Below, in pieces: positions 58,293-64,000 of a stretch of DNA of 64,000 nt. The position numbers were made by a program, and so were the translations under genes. The stretch spans positions 9,364 to 73,363 of the forward strand of contig JBAZKS010000020.1 of the NCBI GenBank assembly GCA_041650695.1, written 5' to 3'. The notes below the pieces were generated by a model. It was given only the letters and a program-made list of their open reading frames with translations. It made no database searches and had not been told where the DNA came from. Each line of letters starts with the position of its first letter. Within the stretch, counting starts at the first letter, position 1. The stretch is from Elusimicrobiota bacterium (GTDB taxonomy: Bacteria; Elusimicrobiota; Elusimicrobia; UBA1565).

Positions 58293-58907
58293 ATGCCGAC
58301 AAATATCGATTTCCTGGCCATCTTCAAAGAGAGCTTCACCCTGGTCATCCTGTTCTTCTGTTCCATCCTCTCGATCACCTTCACGATCGAGCGGTGGTGG
58401 TACTTCCGCAAAGCCCGCGCAGACGGGGACGCCCTCCTGGCGGCGGTGAGGAAGCTCCTGGAGGCGGGCAAGTCCAAGGAGGCCCTGGCGACCTGCCAGA
58501 GCAACCCGGCTCCGGTCGCCCAGGTCGTTCACTACGGCCTGCTGCACGGCAGCCGCTCGAGGCTCGAGCTCGAGGAGCTCCTTTCCAGCAAGCGGCTCGA
58601 GGAGCGGCTCAAGATGGAGAAGTTCCTCGTCGTGCTCGGCACCATGGGCAACACGGCTCCCTTCATCGGCCTGTTCGGCACCGTGATCGGGATCATCAAG
58701 GCGTTCCAGAGCCTGGCCATGGCCGGGAACGCCGGACCCGCGGTGGTCGCGAAAGGCATCGCCGAGGCCCTGGTCGCGACCGCCGGGGGGCTGGCGGTGG
58801 CTATCCCCGCCGTCATCGTCTACAACTATTTCATGCGCCGGGTGAAGAACCTCTCCGTGGAGATGGAGGTCGTCTCGTCCCGGCTGCTGGTGATGCTGGG
58901 CAAGTAG
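58293..58907 (+). CDS. MotA/TolQ/ExbB-family proton channel
   Basis: Three TM segments are present with the family motif LGTMGNTAPFIGLFGTVIGII..F and GIAEALVATAGGLAVAIPA. Confidence 0.9.
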   Translation: MPTNIDFLAIFKESFTLVILFFCSILSITFTIERWWYFRKARADGDALLAAVRKLLEAGKSKEALATCQSNPAPVAQVVHYGLLHGSRSRLELEELLSSKRLEERLKMEKFLVVLGTMGNTAPFIGLFGTVIGIIKAFQSLAMAGNAGPAVVAKGIAEALVATAGGLAVAIPAVIVYNYFMRRVKNLSVEMEVVSSRLLVMLGK

Positions 58908-58926
58908 CCGCCCGTCGGAGGACGTC

Positions 58927-59340
58927 TTGGCCGGAGTCCAAAGAAGCGACGAGGACGCGATCACCGACATCAACCTCACGCCTCTGGTGGACGTGAGCTT
59001 GGTCCTCGTCATCATCTTCATGGCCATCGCCCCCTTCGCCATGCAGGCGGGCATCAAGGTCCTCGAATCCAAGGCCAAGGCGGCCGTGGGCAAGGTCTCG
59101 GCCGGCTCGAACGTCACGGTGCGGCTCACGCGCGACGGCAAGCTCACCGTGAACGACAAGCCCGCGGCGCTGGAGGCGCTCGGACCTGCCCTGGCCGAGG
59201 AACTCTCGAAGTCCACGGACAAGATGGTCATCCTGACCGCGGACGACGAGAACCGCGTGGGCGAGGTCGTCCACGTGCTCGACACGGCCAAACAGGCCGG
59301 GGCCGGCAAGATCGCGATCATGAGGAAGGAGAAGACGTGA
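58927..59340 (+). CDS. ExbD/TolR-family protein (copy 1)
   Basis: TTG start. The motif INLTPLVDVSLVLVIIFM carries the conserved Asp in the TM, followed by a periplasmic alpha/beta domain. Confidence 0.88.
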   Translation: MAGVQRSDEDAITDINLTPLVDVSLVLVIIFMAIAPFAMQAGIKVLESKAKAAVGKVSAGSNVTVRLTRDGKLTVNDKPAALEALGPALAEELSKSTDKMVILTADDENRVGEVVHVLDTAKQAGAGKIAIMRKEKT

Positions 59341-59753
59341 GGAGGCGCAGCCGGTTCGAGCTGGAGGACGACGCGGTCACGGGCATCAACGTGACCCCCC
59401 TGGTGGACGTCTGCCTGGTGCTGGTCATCATCTTCATGGTGACGACCCCGCTCCTCTCGCGCCCCGTCTTCGACGTCAAGCTGCCTTCCGCCAAGACGAA
59501 GGAGGGGCGGGAGGAGGACAAGGTGACGGTCTCTCTTTCGGCGGACGGAAGGATGGCGGTGGAGGCCAAGGAGTGCAAGAGCCTCGACGACGTCTCGCGC
59601 GAGCTCCGGCTCGCGATCTACGGCACGGAATCGAAGCTCGTCATCATCCGCGCGGATCAGGACGCGACGCATCGGGAGCTCACGGAGCTCATGGCCCGGG
59701 CCAAGGAGGCCGGGGCGCAATCGTTGACAGTGGCGACGGAACAGAAGAGGTAG
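59337..59753 (+). CDS. ExbD/TolR-family protein (copy 2)
   Basis: GTGA overlap start. The motif INVTPLVDVCLVLVIIFM is followed by the C-terminal domain. Confidence 0.88.
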   Translation: MRRRSRFELEDDAVTGINVTPLVDVCLVLVIIFMVTTPLLSRPVFDVKLPSAKTKEGREEDKVTVSLSADGRMAVEAKECKSLDDVSRELRLAIYGTESKLVIIRADQDATHRELTELMARAKEAGAQSLTVATEQKR

Positions 59754-59765
59754 GCGCGGGGTCCA

Positions 59766-60881
59766 ATGGTCAGGGCCATGACGGTCTCGCAGGGTCACGG
59801 CGTCGAAGCGCGCGTGCCCGCCGCCTTGGGCGTCTCCATCGCCCTGCACGCGGCCGGGCTGGCCGCGTTCCTGGCGTTCACGGAAAAGGCCTCGCGGGAG
59901 GGGGTGAAGGTCATCACGGACGTGGAGCTCCTCATCGAGCAGGAGCGCAAGGGCGAGGCTGCGCCGCGCGCGGCGAGGGTGCCGCCCGCCTCGATGTCGG
60001 ATTTCCTCAAGCTGGCCCTGCCGGCGATCCCCAGGTCCGCCGCTCCGCTCGAGGTCAAGGCGCCCGAGCTCGAGCGCAAGCTCATGGACATCCCGCAGCC
60101 GAAGCTCGACGACCGGGGCCGCATGGCCGCCGGTCCCAAGCTCGACGCCCTGGACCTGGGCCGGCGGCGGATGGAGGTCGCGAAGGTGGCGGCGCCTCTC
60201 GTGGAGAGGGGATCGAGGCTTTTGGCCGCGCTGCCGGCGCTCGAGGAGGTGGGCCGCGCGAAAGCTCCCAGAAGGGTCCTGGAGATGGCCGCCCTCGCCG
60301 AAGAGAAGCGGGGACGGCTCGCGGGGCCCCAACTCGGGGAGATGAACGTCAAGCTCGAAAGGCGTCAGGCGCCCTCCATGGCGGCTCCCTTGTTGGCCGA
60401 GGCGGCGCCGCAGCCGGGGAGCTCCCCTTTAGAGCGCCTGGCCGCCCTGCCCTCCAAGACCCAGGTGATCCAGTTCGAGTCCAAGCCTGATGAGGGACGG
60501 CTCAAGCGGATGCAGGGCATGGAGGCGCCGGCCCTGCCCGCGCCGGAGCGCAGGACCGAGGTGCAGAAGGCCTCGCCGAAGAAAGGCGTCGAGATCGAGG
60601 GGCCCCTGTCCACTCGCAAGGTCCTGGAGGGCGCGCTGCCGGTCTTCCCCGCCTGGCTCAAGGAGCTGGGCGTGGTGGACGCGGACGTCGCGGTGCGCAT
60701 ATTCGTATCGCCGGCGGGACTGGTGCTGGAGGACCGCATGCGGGTGGAGCGGACCTCCGGCTACGGCAGGCTGGACCGCCTGGCCATGGAACATCTCAAG
60801 AAATGGAAGTTCGAGCCCCTGCGCCTCGACGACCCGCGCACGGAGTGGGGGGTCATCACTTTCAGGTTTATACTGGAGTAG
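59766..60881 (+). CDS. TonB/TolA-like energy transducer (C-terminal TonB domain)
   Basis: An N-terminal TM (ALGVSIALHAAGLAAFLAF) and a long Pro/Ala/Glu/Lys linker precede a TonB_C-like end (PVFPAWLKELGVVDADVAVRIFVSPAGLV...SGYGRLDRLAMEHLKKWKFEP). Confidence 0.8.
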   Translation: MVRAMTVSQGHGVEARVPAALGVSIALHAAGLAAFLAFTEKASREGVKVITDVELLIEQERKGEAAPRAARVPPASMSDFLKLALPAIPRSAAPLEVKAPELERKLMDIPQPKLDDRGRMAAGPKLDALDLGRRRMEVAKVAAPLVERGSRLLAALPALEEVGRAKAPRRVLEMAALAEEKRGRLAGPQLGEMNVKLERRQAPSMAAPLLAEAAPQPGSSPLERLAALPSKTQVIQFESKPDEGRLKRMQGMEAPALPAPERRTEVQKASPKKGVEIEGPLSTRKVLEGALPVFPAWLKELGVVDADVAVRIFVSPAGLVLEDRMRVERTSGYGRLDRLAMEHLKKWKFEPLRLDDPRTEWGVITFRFILE

Positions 60882-60885
60882 CGAC

Positions 60886-62052
60886 ATGAAAAGAACGACG
60901 ATATTGATGATCGCGACTCTGGCATTCGGCGCTGCTGCGCCGAACTGCCAGGCGTTGTTCGGTTTCGGCAAGAAGACCGAGGAGGAGCAGCCCTCTGAGA
61001 AGAAGACCCCTCTCCCCGGCATGGAGTCCGGCGGGCTCGATCTGACCCAGCCTCCGCGCATGGCCCAGGAGGCCGAGCCCCCGCCGTCGAGCCTGCCGGA
61101 CGCCCCGGTCTCCGGAGAAGCTCCTTCCGACGAATCCTCTTCCGTGGCTCCCGTCTCGGAGACGGAGACCGCCATCGGCGAGCATCCGGCGGGGGACGCG
61201 TCCTCCGCCCGGGAGTACGTGATCAAGGGGCAGGGAGGCGCGAAGGTCAAGTTCAACAAGCAGCCGCTAAACATCGACGTGGACCCGTTCGAGTCCATCC
61301 GCGATTCCCTGGTCCCGGACCAGGGGCTGCTGCTGGCCGAGTCGCCCTTGAGCGTGGTCTGGCGCAGGACGCATCCCGAGTTCCTCCGCTCGTCGCGCGT
61401 CATCCAGCCGTGGCTGACGACTTTCAGCGACCGGCCGGGCATCATCTTCCGGCCTTTGGACGAGCTCGGCGAGGCCCTGCAGAGGAGGATCGGGACCAAG
61501 GAAGGCAGGGGCTACGAGTGGTCGCTGACGATCGCGGACGAGGAAGGCAAGGTCTTCCAGCGCTATGAAGGGACCGGCCGGCCTCCCGAAGAGGTGACCT
61601 GGAGCGGCCAGAACGACCAGGGGGACTGGATCACCGCCGGGGCCGCGTACTCGCCGATCTATGTGTTCACCGAGCCCGGGGGGACTCCGCTCACCCGGGT
61701 CGGCAAGCCTATCCGCTTCCAAGGGGTGGTCCACCAGGAGCGCAACGGCCTGCTGGTGACGCTCGACTCCGCGGTCCTCTTCGGGCGGGCCAAGGGCGCG
61801 GAAACGCTGCAGGGCGCCCAGGGGGCCGACCTGATCCGGTCCTGCGCGGACGCCATCAAGCGGAAGTACAGCGGCATGCCCATCCGGGTCGAGGTGTACG
61901 CCGGCTCCAAGGAGCTGGCCGAGCGCCAGGCCCTGGAGATCGAGGCGGCCCTCATCAAGGAGCTCATGCTCCTGCCCCAGGACATCTCCACGGACGCGCT
62001 GGCCACTCCGTACGCGGAGCAGCGGGTGGAAATCGTCCTATTAAACCGCTAA
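60886..62052 (+). CDS. Secreted protein with OmpA/Pal-like C-terminal domain (divergent)
   Basis: ATG 60886 lies inside track ORF 60490..62052. Signal peptide MKRTTILMIATLAFGAAAPNCQA. The C-terminus LVTLDSAVLFGRAKG...IRVEVYAGSKELAERQALEIEAALIKEL follows the OmpA_C pattern, but the peptidoglycan-binding residues could not be verified by eye. Confidence 0.5.
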   Translation: MKRTTILMIATLAFGAAAPNCQALFGFGKKTEEEQPSEKKTPLPGMESGGLDLTQPPRMAQEAEPPPSSLPDAPVSGEAPSDESSSVAPVSETETAIGEHPAGDASSAREYVIKGQGGAKVKFNKQPLNIDVDPFESIRDSLVPDQGLLLAESPLSVVWRRTHPEFLRSSRVIQPWLTTFSDRPGIIFRPLDELGEALQRRIGTKEGRGYEWSLTIADEEGKVFQRYEGTGRPPEEVTWSGQNDQGDWITAGAAYSPIYVFTEPGGTPLTRVGKPIRFQGVVHQERNGLLVTLDSAVLFGRAKGAETLQGAQGADLIRSCADAIKRKYSGMPIRVEVYAGSKELAERQALEIEAALIKELMLLPQDISTDALATPYAEQRVEIVLLNR

Positions 62053-62099
62053 AATAATCCGTCTTTCGGGATCTTTTCCAACCTCTAGGAGGAGGCATC

Positions 62100-63122
62100 A
62101 TGGCGATCAAGATCGGTGTCAATGGTTTCGGCCGCATCGGGCGGCTCGTGGTCCGCGCGGGCATCTCGAACCCCAACGTGGAGTTCGTCGCGGTCAACGA
62201 CCTGGTCGACGCATCGACCTTGGCCCACCTCTTCAAGTACGACTCGACCTTCGGCGTGTACCCCGGGACCGTGGAGGTCCAGGGCGACTGCCTGGTCATC
62301 GACGGCAAGAAGATCAAGACGGTCAAGGAGAAGGATCCCGCCAAGCTCCCGTGGAAGGCCACCGGAGCGGCCATCGTCGTCGAGTCCACCGGCAGGTTCC
62401 GCGAGGCGGAGCAGGTCGCCCCGCACTTCCAGGCCGGGGCGCAGAAGGTCATCATCACCGCGCCGGCCAAGGGCGAGGATATCACCATCTGCATGGGCAT
62501 CAACGAGGAGAAGTACGACCCGGCCAAGCACAAGGTCATCTCGAACGCGTCCTGCACGACGAACTGCCTCGGCCCCATCGCCAAGACCCTGCATGAGAAG
62601 TTCAAGATCAAAGCCGGGATCATGACCACCATCCACTCCTACACCAACGATCAGGTCATCCTGGACTTCCCGCACAAGGACCTGCGCCGGGCCCGCGCTG
62701 GGGCTCTGAGCATGATCCCGAGCTCCACGGGCGCGGCCAAGGCCATCGGCCTGGTCCTGCCGGAGCTCAAGGGCAAGCTCACCGGTATCGCGATCCGGGT
62801 CCCGACCCCGGACGTGTCCCTGGTGGACCTGGCGTGCGTGGTCGAGAAGCCGACCTCCAAGGAAGAGGTCAACGCGGCCATGAGGGAAGCGGCCTCGGGC
62901 AGGCTCAAGGGCTACATGGAGTACTGCGACAAGGAGCTCGTCTCCCGGGACTTCGTGGGCAACCCGGCCTCGTGCATCTTCGACTCGACCCTCACCGACG
63001 TCATGGATAAGACCCTGGTCAAGACCTTCGGCTGGTACGACAACGAGTGGGGCTATTCCAAGCGCGTCGTGGACCTGTGCGTGTACGTCGGCAAGAAGCT
63101 CGGCGTGGCCGTCAAGGCGTAG
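62100..63122 (+). CDS. gap: Type I glyceraldehyde-3-phosphate dehydrogenase
   Basis: AGGAGGAGG SD. Motifs NGFGRIGR, ASCTTNCL and WYDNEWGYS are present. Confidence 0.97.
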   Translation: MAIKIGVNGFGRIGRLVVRAGISNPNVEFVAVNDLVDASTLAHLFKYDSTFGVYPGTVEVQGDCLVIDGKKIKTVKEKDPAKLPWKATGAAIVVESTGRFREAEQVAPHFQAGAQKVIITAPAKGEDITICMGINEEKYDPAKHKVISNASCTTNCLGPIAKTLHEKFKIKAGIMTTIHSYTNDQVILDFPHKDLRRARAGALSMIPSSTGAAKAIGLVLPELKGKLTGIAIRVPTPDVSLVDLACVVEKPTSKEEVNAAMREAASGRLKGYMEYCDKELVSRDFVGNPASCIFDSTLTDVMDKTLVKTFGWYDNEWGYSKRVVDLCVYVGKKLGVAVKA

Positions 63123-63127
63123 ACCCT

Positions 63128-64000
63128 ATGTATAAGGCCATGAAGCTCCAGCGCTTGCAGGACATGAGCGTCAAGGGCAAGCGCGTGCTGCTCCGCGTGG
63201 ATTACAACGTCCCGCTCAAGGGCGATGTGGTCACGGACGCGACGCGCATCCGCGAGACCCTGCCGACCTTGAAGCACCTGCTCGACGCCGGATGCAAGGT
63301 CGTGGTCGTCGCGCACCTCGGCCGGCCCAAGGGCAAGGTCAACCCCAAGTACAGCCTCAAGCCCGTGGCCGGAGAGCTCAAGAAGCTCCTCAAGCGCGAG
63401 GTGCGGTTCGCCGAGGACTGCGTCGGGGAGAAGGCCGATGCCGCGGTGCAGGGCCTGGGGCCGGGAGAGATCCTGCTCCTGGAGAACCTGCGCTTCTATC
63501 CCGAAGAGGAAACCAACGATCCGGAGTTCTCCAAGAAGCTCGCCAAGCACGGGGAGGTCTTCGTCCAGGACGCCTTCGGCGCCCTGCACCGGGCGCACGC
63601 CTCCACGGCCGGCGTGGCCAAGCTCATGCCAGGCTGCATCGGCTTCCTGGTCCAGAAGGAGCTCGAGTACCTCGACCGTGTGCTCAGCAACCCGGAGCGG
63701 CCCTTCCTCGCCATCCTGGGCGGGGCCAAGGTCTCGGACAAGCTCGCGGTCACCCTCAAGCTGCTCGACCGGGTCGACGCCTTGCTCATCGGCGGGGGCA
63801 TGGCGTATACGTTCCTGCACGCGGACGGCATCAGCATCGGCAACTCGCTGCTGGAGAAGGAGCGCATCGCGGACGCCAAAGCGGTCATCGAGAAGGCCTT
63901 CGGCAAGAACGTGGAGCTTCTCCTGCCCGCGGACCACGTCGTGGTCAAGGGAGAGCCTCGCGAGGACGCCGAAGCGTCCGTCAGCCAGGGCATGGCCATC
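63128..64000 (+). CDS. pgk: Phosphoglycerate kinase, 5' part (runs off the right edge)
   Basis: Manual translation gives MYKAMKLQRLQDMSVKGKRVLLRVDYNVPLKGDVVTDATRIRETLPTLKHLLDAGCKVVVVAHLGRPKG...NLRFYPEEE...DAFGALHRAHAS. The frame is open to 64000. An in-frame ATG at 63140 is an equally plausible start. Confidence 0.93.
   Translation, partial: MYKAMKLQRLQDMSVKGKRVLLRVDYNVPLKGDVVTDATRIRETLPTLKHLLDAGCKVVVVAHLGRPKGKVNPKYSLKPVAGELKKLLKREVRFAEDCVGEKADAAVQGLGPGEILLLENLRFYPEEETNDPEFSKKLAKHGEVFVQDAFGALHRAHASTAGVAKLMPGCIGFLVQKELEYLDRVLSNPERPFLAILGGAKVSDKLAVTLKLLDRVDALLIGGGMAYTFLHADGISIGNSLLEKERIADAKAVIEKAFGKNVELLLPADHVVVKGEPREDAEASVSQGMAI

Overview
This is a 64 kb chromosomal segment with visibly high G+C (not computed). 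It comes from a diderm bacterium, judged from TolC, TonB/ExbBD, an LpxL-type acyltransferase, LspA and an OmpA-like protein; I cannot name the taxon. I support about 58 protein-coding genes and 4 tRNAs: Tyr-GTA, Arg-CCG, Leu-CAA and Val-GAC. I found no rRNA, no CRISPR array and no intact mobile element. Genes are tightly packed, and many junctions are ATGA/GTGA/TTGA stop-start overlaps. Most long antisense or alternative-frame ORFs in the track are Arg/Gly/Pro-rich shadows typical of high-GC DNA and were discarded.

Housekeeping genes: alaS, thrS, gap, pgk (partial), glgX, lspA, queF, an RlmD-type and an RluA-type RNA-modification enzyme, and an acyl-CoA dehydrogenase.

Envelope modules:
- an ECF sigma / anti-sigma / CpxP-like / TolC-MacA-MacB operon
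- an M23 peptidase-bactofilin operon
- a giant-TPR / ExbB-ExbD-ExbD-TonB / OmpA-like cluster

Observations most worth a second look:
1. At the left edge, a signal-peptide + FliF-like ring motif + TM + FliG-C-like chimera lies directly upstream of a MotA-type gene and opposite a CheY-like receiver.
2. Six genes with no intergenic gaps (43.6-49.8 kb) include a P1B-ATPase homologue with all catalytic signatures mutated. They also include a degenerate 2-oxoacid:ferredoxin oxidoreductase pair flanking an intact queF.
3. Three receptor-topology Ser/Thr kinases (ectodomain-TM-kinase) are present, and one is a clear pseudokinase.
4. A receiver domain is fused to a 4HBT thioesterase.
5. A low-GC islet next to tRNA-Tyr carries a YjjJ/HipH-like HTH-HipA kinase and an AbiEi remnant.
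6. Two paralogous secreted proteins share a near-identical C-terminal two-helix anchor.
7. Promoter geometry repeatedly predicts leaderless mRNAs, and two tRNA genes sit 8-10 nt from the next start codon.

All functional calls rest on motifs read by eye and hand alignment. No database search was run.
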